Assembly: GCA_017499595.2 (NCBI GenBank)
Contig: CM039003.1
Coordinates: 1,302,001-1,366,000 of the forward strand
Length of the DNA: 64,000 nucleotides
Origin: Psilocybe cubensis
Lineage: Eukaryota
Reading direction: 5' to 3'
The translations under genes were made by a program, and so were the position numbers. Position 1 is the first letter of the stretch, and every line of letters starts with the position of its first letter. The notes below the pieces were generated by a model. It did no database searches, was not told where the DNA came from, and saw only the letters and a list, made by a program, of their open reading frames with translations. This document shows positions 42,163 through 57,482 of this stretch, piece by piece.

Positions 42163-45100
42163 TACAGTGCGGAATGGTATCATGTGTTCTTGTAAGTCAG
42201 TAAGAAGCTACTTGGGCTGGGTTAGTACCCGTCGGGTTACATCCCACTTGCTCGTAATTACATTTATCATTAAAGGTGCTATATGGGGCGCTAATTTAAT
42301 ATCAAGGCTAAATCCAGACTTCAGTAGATGTTAAAGCGACATACACAACCCGACACGACGAACGACTGGGCATTGACAAGCAAGGGTTAGTAGGCAGGGT
42401 TCATCCGCAAGACAAGGAGGGCAAGGAAGGACAAGGGCACGGCAAGGTACGCGATGATTGATTCTTTGTTATATTGTATCCTAGCATACCAAATTACCAT
42501 CATCCCCCGAATTTATTTACACGGGAACTCGCGAGCTCGCAACTCGCAACTCGCGACTTTTTTGGCGAATAAGCGGTGCGGGTGCGAGTGCGGAGAGGGG
42601 AGAGGGCCCTTGCGCAGCCCCTCTTGCGCGCGTGCAGCGCTAACCGCGCCAGTCATCGAAGCGCGGCGCGGGGTTCGGTTTGGCTTAATAGTACGGAAAA
42701 GTGCGTTGTGTGCAGTGTACGGTGTGGACGTTCCGAATTTATTTAATTGGGTTGACCTTTGGATTTGGTTTGGCGAGTCGCGAGGAGATGCGAGGTGCGA
42801 GGTGCAAGGGGACCCCCCGTTGTTGCTGGCGCTTTTTTCTTTACTTTTTTGTTTTGGAATGGATGTGCTTTTGTTTTGATTTTTGATGTTGACGTGTGTA
42901 CATACGCGCGATTCGATTCCACTGAGAAGGCGAATAAAAAGAACTGGAGTATAATAATAGATCATGATAATGATAATGTAGCATTAGGAAAAGAAAGGGA
43001 GGGTTCAAAAAAGTAGACAATTATCAGCTATTCAGAATGAGGGAGGGTTCATTCCACGGTCAACGACTACTTATATATTGGATTTGGGGGAGTGAACATG
43101 GTGATCGATGACGCGACGCTATCGGCGCCGCGTCGTTCGCTGAGGACTGATCATGGATTCAAATGATCACGATCAACCGAGAATGATGCATGCTCAGCCC
43201 CTCGTTTTATTGCGTTCTTTTTGTGAGTGGGATTTGGGGTTAGGTTGCTACTATATAGGCTTGGACCCCTTCTATATACTACTGCAGAAGAGAGAAAGCA
43301 AGAGCATTGCAACGCGATCAGTGATCGAGGGGTCTAACCACGAACTTGGACACTGGAAGGAAGCCTGTGATTTTATCTCGGACTTGAAAGTTGCAGAGGT
43401 GTACTTTTCTGTTTTCCAAGAGAACTGCTCTCGACTGGGTCTTTCAAGCCGAAGTTTCGAAGCGCTTACAATGGGAAGGGGGGGTCGCGCTCCGGACGCG
43501 GATTATCTACCATTTGAATAAAATAAACGGTCGTATCCGAGTGCCTGTCAGAATCTTCCGTCGCGCTCTGTACGGGCGAGTATGGCGTATGGTGATACAA
43601 CTACGGCGTCCTTTCAACACCCCATTCACAAAGGTCCCGCGCCGGCCATCTGCCCTCAGAGTCATCATAGGCCATCATTCTCCGAGAAACATTCTGCCAC
43701 GCGAGCAGACGCGCGAACGTTTCTCTTGACCCCTTGGCGAGTGGTACAATCTCATCTCTCCGGGCAAATTCCACCCAATTGCACAAGCGAAACACATCAT
43801 AATCACGGTCATACAGACCAGCGTACATATGCACACCTTGCACAAGACATAGCAATTAGCTTGATTGCAATCCACTTGATTTTCTAGTCGCGAATCTTCG
43901 ATTTGCAGGAAATGTGAAAAGGAAAAAGTAATTTACGAATGAATCTAAGTATAACCAATGTCTGATCACGATAAGTTTCTCCGAAAGTTTTCCGGTGTTG
44001 GGAAACTGAGGAGGTGTGCCGTTTTGGGCGGTTATCCCGAGGGCGCGGTCGCGCGTCGGAGTGTCCCGACTCCCCGTTGGGATTCATTATATCCATCCGA
44101 TGGGCGTATTTCCGGAATTTCTGGAGAGAGAGTATATGGTTTATCCACTTATCAGGGCTGAGTAGCATATGAACACACGGCACCAGGGTGATGTGTTAGC
44201 CTGCGGTGCGTGGGCTTGGTAGGGCGGTTTGGTTGATGTTCTTGCCAGTGAGTTGGATGCGCATATCAATAATCAGCGGCTTGAGCGAGTCTAGAATCGT
44301 TGATATAAATTGAATTCTTTTACAAGCTCTATCATTGATTGCACACAAACTCAGGGAACCTGTTTAATACTTACTTACTTAGAAGTTGCCTTGTGCCAGG
44401 AGAACAAGTGCGCTATAGCGTGCGGTCGTCAACTGATGTACACACGCAGTACTGTACCGTGGTTGTGGTTGGCAAGGGTCCCATCTGTTCTAAAAGACTG
44501 ATAACTGCCCAGTGACGTCCTGATCACTTGCTACTTGGTATTCCAAGTTCCCATCCAAGGTAATCTTTTTTTACTTCTCAAATTTTAATTGGATCGACTG
44601 CTAGAAATCCGTCCCAAGGCTTCCCTCGCTAAACGTGCACCACCTTATTACTCAGATGTAAGCAAGTTTTATAGTGGATGACGAGTGTGGCTACATCCTA
44701 TCCGACGGTGTTGTGTCCAGTGTACCCTGCCCTACTTATCTATCGTAAATTTTTCTTATCTATCTACTTCTGGCGTTCGCGTCGTGAGCCGTTCCAGTCG
44801 ACGCCAGACTCGGATTCAACGGGCATTATATCAGTGAGTGAGTCAGCTTATAAACTTATAGACAAATTAAAGGAGGAATGCATATGTCTGTTTTGGTACG
44901 CACACCCGCCGCTTGCGAGTGCATGCGTTCGATGATGCTAGACGCACTATGTCATCACAAAAGAATGTGTAAGTAAGGGGAAAAAAGGGACAAAGTAAAA
45001 AAGCTAGGCAGGGTATTGGGCCGGTGGTACTAACAAACGTTGGTCGGGCAGGCCTGCGCGATATGATAGGTCAACCAAACATTGACTTTGCCCAAACGTA

Positions 45101-48100
45101 CACAGTTACACGCGCAATTGAGCTGCTGCCAGAGCCATATGCCAGTTCGGCGAGCCCGTACCGCCCAAACTGAATGGGATGCCTTTTCGGATATCCGAAA
45201 GTTTAATCAGCCCAGTGTGGATTGCACTGCAGATTTGCGTGTACTTTATTTACTTGAGCCTCCTTACAGCAACTCGAAGAACCCTGCGGGATCAGCGACG
45301 GCGTGCATTGCTGGGGACCCACGAAAGCACGCATGTACAAGCATCATGGCAAGTTTATTCGACATGCGCCTGACCAGTTAGAACAAGAAAGAAAACCATG
45401 CTTGAACGTTTTCGGATTTTCGGTCAGAGGCTGAGGGGTGCTCTAATCTCAAGTAATATCAGTACAAGAATAATTAAAAGAATTTTAAGATATACTCTTC
45501 TTTTTCATTTAATTCTAGGCGGCGAGCGAGCAAGAGAGAAAAATGTGCAGGCCTCCTTCCACATTCTTTGAAATTCCTCCTAACTCCTTTCCGAAATCCC
45601 GAAATCCCGCTGATTTTTACTTAAAGAGCTCAGTTTACCTATAGCCTTAAAATACCCATGAGCCTTAACCAGATATAGCATACCCACCCACCACATGAGG
45701 AACCACGACGCAGCGGCGATCCCTCCGCCTGGGCTTCTCCTTCCTCATGTACGAGCAGCACTGCGCTATCCGGGGTTCAAATCCACGACAGAGTCCCGAA
45801 CATACAGTGTGAAGTACGGTATACCGTAACGTCCCCCTGTCAAATGGAGTGGCTTGGCTGACGAACAAGTACTCGCCGCTAGCCTATAGTAATACTAGAA
45901 CGGGACTTTTTTGACTTTTAGCGGCCTTTTGATTGCGATATAACATAGCCTTCGTGTGCGTGGGTAACATCCTCGCGAACCGAAGCAACGAAGAAGAGAA
46001 GAAGCCGCGTCGAGTGTTGGCCCTACGACGTAGCTGCCTTCGGGATCCGGGACGGAGTGAGCGTCTTCCAGCAGCCATTTGCACGTTTTCATTGGTTGAG
46101 AAAAAAAATTGGTCGCTAGATTGATTGCGTGTGTACGTACGCAGTATGCTGGCGGCCGATAATTGAATTATTCGAAGGAGACGACGGATAGCTGGTGGGA
46201 CGGACAGGGGTGAATGTGCTAGAACTTGCGAGCACTGTCAACGAGACAGGCCTCAGGAGTTTTCGAATTTTTGGCTGCTATGTAGTGCGCGCTCTGGAAA
46301 CAAATTGACACCTCGTCGGGATTGGCGAAGTCGACACACAGCTGTCTTCTCTGGACCTTTCTCGAAGCGGAACTACTGCCATCGACAGTAATTATCTGTA
46401 TATGGGAAGCCGCTCGGTAATAAGGAAACTTGAAAGAGTCAAGAAAGAACAGGAAAGAGATAATACAATCACCGCACCCCAATTCTTTTCGAATGGCGAT
46501 GCAATGAGATTACTTTGACGCGGCGGCAGACGCTATCGCCTCAAATTGAATTGAATTGAATAGAATACAAAGTCTCTGGCCTTCTCGAGAGAGGTTCTGT
46601 ACCGGCGGATGCTTAGGAAATCCATCGTCGTCGAATACTGGCTTCCGCTTCCGCCCGCATCGTCGAGGTCGTAATTGAACCAAGTCGCTTTAGTGTTCTT
46701 GGATATTTAATGACAAGTCAAACACACCCATAGTATTTCAACACCTTTATTTAGGTCATTATATTTAGTACGCCGGGCTTCACGCTATAATCACAAGCTA
46801 CGGCAAGTGTTTGTTCTTTTATCAGCTTACTATCTACCAATGGTTGAGTCAATTGACCTCCTCTGACATCGGAGAGTTCGGTGCTTTTGGTGCTTACTAC
46901 TGATACTTGCTCCACCAACAAAAGCAGGCCGGAGAGTTTGAGTCAAGGAAAACCCCAGGGTTGAGGATGATATCATTCAATCAGATGATAGTGATAAATC
47001 AAGAAAGAAAGCTTTGGGGGGTGTTGCTCGCCTATGGAAACGAGGACGCGACTTGTGAGGTCATACACGCACATCTGAAGTTGAGAAAGTAAGGTCACAG
47101 GTAAGCGTGAATAAGCTTTACGATGACGCAAATGACATACTGTGGTGGTTTTGCGTGGACGGACTTTTGGTTGATCCCCTGGTGTTTCCAAAGCATCCGT
47201 TGGCCGTCTCCTAAATTTTTCACAAGTCAGTACTTGTTATCCCCAGAGTACTTTATGAATTGTTCGAGTTCTGCACAATGAAAAAATTGCTGTTAATGGC
47301 ACAACAAAGTTGATGATTGTTAGACATTAATAAACAACTTGCATTTCTCCCATGCCAGCGGTGCACGTCAGCCTCCAGGGGCCCCCGGACTTGCCCCAGA
47401 TTTTCCCGGATTGAAAAATAACCGAAAAAGGTTGACAGCGTTGCCATATATAGCCCCGGGCGTCCGGGGTGAGAAATACATACCGAGGTAGGGACTCCCC
47501 CCAAGAGGCTACAGAGTACTGACCTATGGGACAGTGAGCTTGAAGAACATCCGAACAATCTTGCTCCGCGTTGAGTATCAAAACGTTAACAAGGTGGACT
47601 TCGAAGTTTTAACGTTAGGTTACTTGCTTCAACGAGATTCCACCGCATCCGATGATGCATTTTCATTGGTCCGCGTCGAGCAAATGGTATGCGGGCTCTC
47701 TGCATCCACCGTGAAGCATGGTACGAGTTTACAAGTCATTTTTTGACGTGCGGTGGTCTCAGTTGGTCGCAGAGGGGCAATAATGGAGGAGGTGCGTTGA
47801 GCACGTCACGGCATCTCGTACTGCCCGAGGTAAGGCCGTCAGAAAGGTGTTTTGACGGTGAACGGTACACGGACATTGTGAATTTGACTTGCTGCATTGT
47901 GATTGCTGACGAAGGCATTAGGCAGATGCTGTGAATATGATCGCAAAAGTCATGCGTCGCAGTCTCGCAGATGCGTCGCTCATGGGTCAAGCTTACCAAA
48001 TTCGATCTCACGCGTCTGGGGCAAACTGCACATCTCTCTCCTATACAACTCGTACATCATTCATCTTAACACTGCCATGCTGATACCAGAACGATAAAGC

Positions 48101-50054
48101 TTTTTTGAACACTGTCAGCGGGTGCGTGATTATGTCCACGGTGTTTAGACTGGCCTCTCGAACGAGACGCCTTAGAGCCGTGCTCTTCACTCGCGCACTG
48201 CCTCACGAAGGTTTATACTATGGTTCTAAGCACTAATAGGCATTTCAAGAGTTATTCGGTGTGAAATTTGACCAGAGGAATTGTTGACCGAGTTTTCTCG
48301 CGCTTGCAGGTCCCAGGATGAATTCCTAGTTCTATCGCCGCAACTGAATTGACGATGTGTCTCTTCCTCTGTAAGATTCGAAATGAACACCTGTTTCTCT
48401 CAGGACTAACTCGTCTATTCATTGCACTTTCACTGATAATTAGACTCCCAATAGACTGCAAGACAGCTGTTAAATGTTAATTAGCGCTGGTCTCGCGCGA
48501 AGAATGAATCAATATGTTTTAATCAGCCTATTCAATCTCTCCTTTGCGATATAGATTTCATCTATTAACCACTGACCATCATACCTTTTGTTGTCTTTTT
48601 AGAGGCCATCCTTTCATCGTCAAATCAAACCGAGAAGAGTCTAACGCGATCAGCAACTTCCTATGGGCTTGGCACTTCGCAATACTTCGTGTGAGTGTGC
48701 CGTTTATAGATATTGTTTAATCTCCGTGTCCGAAACTTCGAGGTGTGTTTCTCTTTGTGCATCGTGGAGATGTGCCATCCTAATGTCAGACAAAACGTTA
48801 ACGCCACCCCCAACATAGAGCCTTTTCCCGCACTAATTCTAGGACCTGTGGGGGGAGAAGGGGGGCCGTCGATTGTGCAAGAATATGGACTCAATATCCA
48901 AGTCACCGGACCTTTGCCCGCATACCAGGTACTTGTATTTACTGAAGAGATCCCCCTGTGCACTTTACTGGACTATACGCACCTGGGCACAATTCCTTTT
49001 TCTAGTCCGACCTCCGTTCTGTCCGCCGTAGCCCGGTGAAGCCATTACAGGGTGCCCTTCTAGCATCGATCCATGCCATTTGGATCGATATATAGTGGTA
49101 TCATCAAATTGAAATACGCGATGCGATGCGAATCATCCTGAAAAAAAGCACGCCCGACAGTGTGCCCCAAGAATGCGCGCTAGTATCGGCCATCCAGAGT
49201 CGAAAATTGACAATAAAGTGTAAGCGGCGCGCATCCATTGGCACCGGAACAGACATATTGGGCACGAAGCGCTGTGCGGCTGGACAGTCATCGTTGATTG
49301 AGGTACTGAACGCGTTCCGGTCCTCCGAATATCCCATTACTTCCAAAAACTGATTTCTAGTCAATAAGTGGTGCGTTGAGTGAGGTACTGATATCTACTG
49401 ATATTACGATAAGGTTGATCATGCGGGGCAGATTCGCCATCTGGGCAGTGTATCCAAAGAGATTGCGCACTGCATTTCCCAGCCAAATTTTTACATTCGG
49501 GGAACACGCAGGTACGTCTATGACTCGAATCCCCTGCAGGCAGTGACTATACTGATCAACCTTGGTTCATGTCCATGAGCGACGTCTTGTTATTAGTACA
49601 TGTAAGTAAATGCTCAAACGCGGAGCAGACTTGGGCTGCACTTCAACCCGGACCTTGAGATGAGGTGTTTTTTTACAGTGGCAGGTGTAACTGATCACAT
49701 CGCTTCAATTTCGACCAATTACGCATCACTGACAATCTATTTGTTGTCGTTAACTAGCGGATGGGCATGGTGGAATTTTCCAACAAGTATAGGTCAGTTG
49801 ACCCCTTCCTTTTGGGATATGGGCGCGTATCTGTACCAAATCAGTTCATATGATGATACGATATCTAACTGCGCTATGGATATCTTCGGGTGAACGGTGC
49901 TGAATGGGGTCACATTGCCCGTTAGAAGTAATTCACTCAATGAAAGTCTACGTCCTGTGTGTAGTTTGGCAGTTTACACTGAAGAATCTCCATGTCTATT
50001 TCCAGCGACAACGCCGAAATTAAATTGGCGTTGTTGCAGCTAAGAATCGAGCAT

Positions 50055-50078
50055 GGGGGGGGGGGGGGGGGGGGGGGG
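50055..50078 (+). repeat. G24 homopolymer
   Basis: 24 consecutive G in otherwise ordinary intergenic DNA. Confidence 0.9.
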
Positions 50079-53000
50079 CGCTAATTGGTATGCACGCAGG
50101 TGAGCACATTCAGCAACGAGCATTCAACGCTCAATTGAACAACCACTACAGTATCACCCTTAGCCTACGATCGAAAAGTTACTTTAACCATTTTGTGACT
50201 TGCCTCCGCAAGCTAAGGCCTCGTGGATTTTATGTCTATGGTAATGGGGTACAAACTTCTATGGGGTCGCTTGTATGAATAGAGAGCACTAGCGTCCATT
50301 CATGCTACTTTAACCTTTAGGCGTCTCTTGGAGTGAACTAATTAGTGAGAAATCTCGACGGCAATTAGGGGTAACAATTTGATATGCATGTAGCGCTTAA
50401 CACACATGGTTAAATTAGAAACAGATGACGCACTGACAAATCAGCACTGCAACTCTGTGGAAATGCCAGGGATCTAAGTATCTGTATTGCATGAGAGGAG
50501 TTTATTGGGGTAAGAAACCAATGTACCTCGTGTATCAGGCTGTGGGATATTTCGTTGTGTTATTCCAGTACTGCTGCACTGCACGCTACGGCTAAAGACA
50601 CTGACCCACATATATCATACATACGCGTTGTCCGAATCCCCAAGAAGACATCCGAATCTAATAAAATCTGTCTGCCTCGGGAAAAGCTCCACGGATATAT
50701 GGTATTGCCTCTTGGAATGGTAAGTACGAGTGGATCAACAGTTTTTATTTCTACTAAATTTTAGCATGCGCAGTGATATGCAGTGATGCGTCTCCGTCTC
50801 TGCAACAACCTCCCTGACCTACAGAAAATTTGTCATTGGCCACCTGGGTTTCCAGAATCATGGAAATTACTCGTTGTGGTTTAATTTCTTTGAGTTGAGT
50901 GGAAATATTAGTATTATCCGAACAACGACAAAAATGGTTATGTTTGTTCAACTAACTTGTGCAGAAAGCACTTTTGAGGTCCCATTGGACTCATGGTCAC
51001 TGCAATAAAAAAAGTGCGTAAATTCGTAGGAATATAACACCCAGTAATATCAAAGTGACGGCTGCAACGATACTGCTGAGACGTCCGCGGGCGTCAAGTT
51101 TGTGTCTATCAGCTAAGATAGCTCAGAAAAAACCAGGTACTTCCTCTATGCCCGTGGGAGGGACCAGTCAAAGCTGATGGACACGTAAGCGGCGCAGAAA
51201 CTTGATAGCTGAAGCAGTCTGCGTGTGGGTGTGGGATGATAATGTAAAAACTTCAACATTTGAACCATGGGGTAGCTATCGCTCACGGTGGACGGAGCGG
51301 AGTTTCAGTGATTAAGATTCAATCCGGCCGGCAAGCTTCAGTGTCGACTAATGGCAAGACTCATCACATTTATCATCAGAAAAATGTTTGACGCCTTGAA
51401 TTTAGAGCGACAAGCAGTTCCGTAAAGTTTTTGAACCGCTTCCACCCCAAATGTGGGGAAAACGTGTTTCTTCGGAGCGGATGGACACCGAAACATGTCG
51501 ACCTATTAGGATAACGGTAATGCCGTCAAATTTTGTAAACCCCCCAAAAATTTAATCCGAACAAAGTAACCAAGTGTTTAAATTGTTTATGGATGGATTT
51601 CTCCATACACCCCAGGGTCGCTGCAGACAACGCAGGGGTGTTGATTTTAGGGCAATGGAACCCATCGGGCCGCGGCTCGTATATCTCAATCCTAAAGATG
51701 CCGGCGGAAAGATGCGAAAATGTTTGATAAGCGATGGAGATGCCGTATACTTTTCCTCCACAAGATAATGCACATAACATGGCCGTACTTAATTATTACT
51801 GTAGGTCTCTTGCTTCTACCTCATTTCTACCTTCTACGGCTGACCAAGAATATTTTCTAGTCAGAAATCCGACCCACTCAATCCATTAATCCAACAGTTG
51901 TCATGTTGGTTGGACCTTTCAGCTGTGGCGTCCTAGAATCTCCCGGATCTGCCGCTCATTGTCATCAACGTACATACTATCTAGGCTCTAGCTGTTCCTG
52001 TTTGTCGCGAAGGGTCTTTCCGGAAAATCTTTGAACCTCATATTCTGACTACGGTTTGTGGACCGCTGTGCCGTGGCAGCGGGATTGGTTACTTTTTTGA
52101 TATCCCTGACATTACCGCAAACAACGAGGAACCAAAACATAAACTGTAAGGGTCTGTCTACACAAAAATGCCTGCGGCAAGTTCAGAAATCTAAACATAG
52201 ATGACTTATATGTCGATGTCAAGTTGAGGTAGTATCTTGAATATACAAACGGCTTTGTTTTGTATTTTACAAGCAGGCATGCTCTTGCCGAGTATTAGTC
52301 TAAGTGTTGGTACATACGAAGAGGCGCCCACACACCTGATAAGTAGTTTACATTATTCAATGTTCAAAAGTGTTATATATATTATATACTTGTACTTTGA
52401 CTATCTATTGGACAGAAAGACACATACTTTGGCAAACCAGAAGGTGCAGTTATCTGCTTTTGGAACACCGAGCTACGGGCACCAGGCTCCCGGGACCGAA
52501 ATCTTTGACCAATGCTCCATAAATGCATTCTGCCTACCGATTGTTGGACGTTCCATCTGCTTATCTATTCAGCGCCCAGGCATTCGGTGTTACCGTGTTA
52601 AGAATTTCTCCGGATGGTGCCTGTAAAGTATTATTAACTTGGTGGGATTCGATGCAACAGCGTTGTATTTCACGAAAGAACGCTGCAATTAATAATAATA
52701 GTAAAGCATGTTTAACAAGCTAAGAGGGGTGCTCCACCCATCAACTTAGTTCTCTTTATAAATAGAAGCTTTTCCTACATGCTATCAATGACTTCAACTG
52801 AAATTTATCATGGGACGAAATAAAACGCATGTGGAGAGTCCCTATTCAGTTTTCAAGCGAGTGAAAGTAAATCAAGTTACCCGCTTGATTTATTGAACAT
52901 GGGTGACTACACTTTTGCTTTATAATTGAAAGCTGACAATCCAAAGTGCTTACAGGCTAACCACAACAGTCTCGGTGTACCCGGCCATTTCACTACTTGT

Positions 53001-56000
53001 GTGCGTGCAGAGATGGCGATCTCTTTGCGCAATGCCATGAGTGAGTTGATAATAATAATATTGGGCTACATACCTGAACCATTTGACCGTGGGGGACATT
53101 GCAGCGGAGCCTTGTGGATCCTTTCAAAAGTTTGCTCGAACAACAGTGTGCTGTGTTTACTATAAAGTGAAAGGCGCCTTTGAGTTCAAAGCTACCGCTG
53201 TCACTTCGTATCTCCGCAAACTAAACAAACTGACGCCGTGATCCTCGCTATACCGCCAGATGTTCATCGAGGATGGTTCGTTGAATTGATACACACCCGA
53301 GACGAGGGTCTGGCAACTCTACAGTTTAGTAGAATCCCTACTTCCAACATCCAAGAAGATTAAGCTTCGCTAGCTCAAGAGATACAATTGAATCATGTTA
53401 AACACGATTCCCCGCGGTATTACTAGCCCGAAAGGCCATATACTTTAGCTTGTCCAAAATGGTTACAAGCCAAGAGGTCGGCGGGAGAACGTCGGCCAGT
53501 CATGATCATGATCGCCGCGCCTAAGAGGGTGCAGCTGGCTGCCGTTTGTTTGACAACTAGACATGCATACCACGGAGTTATTGGGGCAGTCTGGAGCTTA
53601 TAAAAAGTAAGAACAGGGGCGAGTACCAATAATATATCGTTCGATGGCAGTCAAAGTTTTGACCGTTCATCAGAACTGCTGATGGCTCGGTGTGTGATTG
53701 CAGCGCGACCTGCAAAAACACATCGACCCCCTTTGAGGAATCCACCGTAGCATGTACGAAGTGAGGCACAGAGAAGCCAGTTTCAATTCACCTCTTTGTT
53801 AAGGTTCATAGAATGAAACAAGCGTATTGAAAGTGACGGTGCCTTCGATGTCAATTGAAAGGCGATATGACAGGCCGTGCATCGTTCGAACTTTCAATGA
53901 ACGCTCTAGCAATTTTAAAGCTTCACTTATACAGAGACCAGCCCTTCACTCTACACATGACAGGCAAATTGGGCCAAGACTCCCACAAGAATACTGCTTG
54001 AGAGTTATCTGCAGATACATTATCCGACCTCAAATGGTTGTTTTCGCCGACAATTTAGCCTTCGATCGCTGTTAAAGTGACTTGTCCATGGGCCCTTGAT
54101 GGCCACAGAGATACACATAGATCCAACCTGCAGAGCACGAACATGAAAGTCTGGGTAAGAAAAGCGGCTCGACTGTAGACACAGAAAATAGTAATGCAGC
54201 ATGCAAGCATCTCGAAATCATTGAAGCCTAGTTCATTAACATTCCGATGTTGACAGAATTATTATTAATAGGTCGACATATAAGTCCTCAACCGAAGTTC
54301 TACGCAGTCGGCTGACATGTAAAAGTAGGCCTGGTTCTATATTCCCGAATTTAGAAAGCTACCGCAGGAGAGCACCTTACAGAACATAGAAATACCTTCA
54401 GGGAAGTGCCAAAGAGTTGAAGATTTTGAGGTATCAGAAGATTGACAGTGCCAAGGTTGTACCCGATGCAATACAACGGGGCAAAGAGAGAGATAACTCG
54501 AAAATACAAGGATCGAGGCTAGGCGAAAATGTAGCAGTGTCAAGGTTCATATAAATTAATTTGTGGAACGGTTGTGTCGAGCTAGAGATAGTCATTTGAC
54601 AGTGCAGATGTATCTTCCGTGACGAGTCCCAGAATATGCAACATAAACTCGTCTTCTTATAATGCCGGTAGAGTCACCAGATAGCGCTGAATAAGAAGGC
54701 ATGACAATCGGGCAGGATACTCTCGAGGTCACGTCCTGTTTCTGAGAGTATATTCCCGGGAGCGAGAATTTGTGTTGTGTTATCCGCTCGAATCAGGGGT
54801 CGTACTACCACGCCTCTACGGAGCCGCATTGTCTAGCCTCGTGTTCAGTGGGAACATAGAAGACTTAGCCGGATGCGGAATGGAGAAAGCCAATAATTTC
54901 GAGGCTCGAGGGGAAAACATAGCCGGGCACATTGAAAGTCTCACATGAGATCAAACACGCACCCGTGGATTGGCCCGTCAACCCTCGTCTCCAGGATCAG
55001 CAGCCAATGAGATAAAGGCGGTCGCATTCGACATGCAAGGATATTGCGGGTTCTAAGTATATTCCATCGCGCTATTTTCTGGCCGTTGATTCGTTGCGTT
55101 ACGATCGGATTGTACGCTTCCTCGTTGTCGTTGTTAAACAGCCACGGGAGTCCAGTGAGAATGTGGAGAGATAAAACGAAACGGGCGCCGGTAGAGAAAA
55201 TAAAATGGAGATTTCATGAACAAACATTTGTTTGTGCAAGATACGCAGCCGCAGGAGCATAACATCACACCTGAGTGACAGCTCTAGCTATTGCATATGC
55301 ACCACAACCCCTCTTCGACATAAGAAACCAGGCCCAGGAGTCGCAACATGACATTCCAGACGTAAGGGGAACGTCAACACATGATTGACAAGTGGGATCC
55401 GAGACTTCGATAGTGCTGGTACCGGCAGTAAAGGCTTGCGAATATTGGATGAGGACTCACAAGCCTTGATAGGTAAGTGTGGCCCACACCGTCCGAATGA
55501 GCTGGCGTCCTCGAGGTTGGTAACCTGCTGATCCGAGGTGGCTGTGCCATAGCCAGATATCGACAATTAAAACTCAGAATTGCCGAGCGGCATGGCCGGC
55601 GGTTTGCCGGAGTGCTTGTACTCCCTTTGTCGGAGAAGAAAACAATTCGGTTTTCCATACGTATATTTAGAAACTTTGAGAACCCCCTTCTCTAATTTAT
55701 GTTCACCCAAAATAAAATAACTTGTAAGCTTCAAGATTCCGATCTAATTTGTTGAACCTGTGAGAAGACATCCAGAGGTTACTTATATCTCAATATCTCA
55801 TGTTACACTTTGACATACTAAACTCTTGTAGTATCTGGCGTTTTGTCACGGTGCTTTGATATCGTGAAATTAGAAAGCAATCCGATTCCGGAGATTATGC
55901 TCGCTACTAGCTAACAGCGGAGCAAGACACCAATTTAGATAAAAATGTCGTTGCCGAGCGCCAACAAGTTAGAGGCAGTGGCAGGCGTCTACTTGCACCC

Positions 56001-57482
56001 GCTTCGCTTGTGGTTGTCGAACTGATAAAACAAGAGATGTAGGACTTCGGCCCCGGGGACAGTTGGCTTCTAAGATAAAATGTCAATCATTCTGCGATTT
56101 CACTATTACTTTCACCACTCATTTTAAAACATACTATCTATCTAGGTGGGTATGTTGATTTTAAATGCGATTGGCCTGTTTCCAGCCAAAATGGAACATG
56201 AGGCTTAAATCAACTTGAGAAACCAATGTCATGTTCAATAATGTATTCATATAACATGGGGTGAGAATGGTGTCAGTTGATAGGAGTAGGCTTTCCTCAT
56301 TTCAATCGCAGATGAATGTGGAAGTAACATTACCTACAGTTGTTCGTCGACGAAATGGAACTTAGGCCCTCTGATTTCACATCGCTGCTTGTCCATGAGA
56401 AAAAATGGCAGAGAGGCTATCATATCCGATGAGGCGTCGCTCCATTGAGTTCCAACGTCACGTAAAGCGGTACCTAAAACGATGGATCAAGTGGGATAGG
56501 AAGATGCAAAATTGGAGCAATAGTCGGCTTTATTGGATACCACTTTTGACCCACTTGCGTGCTTCACGATTGACTAAAAGAACATAAATGTGTCAAGTGA
56601 TTATTTAAATCTATTGAACGCAGGAAGGGAGACAATATGTTTTCTCCGAATGACATTTGAATTGTTGCTCGAGGTCTGCCAAATATCGTCGATGTCGCCG
56701 GCGGAGAAGCTGTACGTACTACTTGGTGTCGGTGCGCAATTCAATCGAGCAATCAGGTATTCATTGAATACAACCCATGTGGAACGTGGAACTTTGTTGG
56801 TGGTCAGAACCATCGCCGTTTAGGAAGTATCATAACGGACTTTGAGAGGTGACCTTGGGGCGTCAAATCACCTTTGGGATACAAAGACAATTCAGTGCAC
56901 GGATAACGGGTCCGAGACATCATTGATTGGTTGTGTCCCCTGGAAGACCCTTGGTTATGACGTCCTCACGTACAAATTCCAGCTATCGTAGGGGATTAGT
57001 CTTAGTCAGGCTATAGTGACCCAGGAATTTAGGGCTCGGGGAGAGTAACCCTGGATAAAAACACGTCTTTTGACAGATTTGATGGCAGTTCTGTCAAGCG
57101 CTTGCTTGTACCTTGGAGCCTTGATTGTGAATTAGATACAAAGGAGTGAGCTTTAACTCATCCCTAAATCACGAGTGTATCGGACCAAACTGCCGGCGGT
57201 TAGATTGTTACCTTGTACTGTGTAGCAGAGTAGGAGGCATTAAAGAGATTCGGATAGAATCAGGATAGAACGGCCGCTGTTATGGAGCATACTAAAGCAA
57301 GCGTCTAAACGCTTGTAGAAGCGGTTGTTCCCTAGTATGATATCGAGGATTTGATTGGTTGGTCACGAAGGAATGAATGAGAGATAATGACAGTGGGACG
57401 TACAGATTGGGTTCACTCGCAGACTATGGCGTCCCTGAACAGTTGTCATTGGACGCGGTATCTATCGACCAATCGGGGAAAG

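Noticed and set aside
45755..45790. GGTTCAAATCC B-box / tRNA T-arm-like motif
   Set aside because: No A-box, D-arm or acceptor stem could be built, so it is not a tRNA.
47454..47470. GC-rich hairpin CCCCGG-GCGT-CCGGGG as a possible Helitron 3' end
   Set aside because: No CTRR terminus at the expected distance, and no other Helitron evidence.
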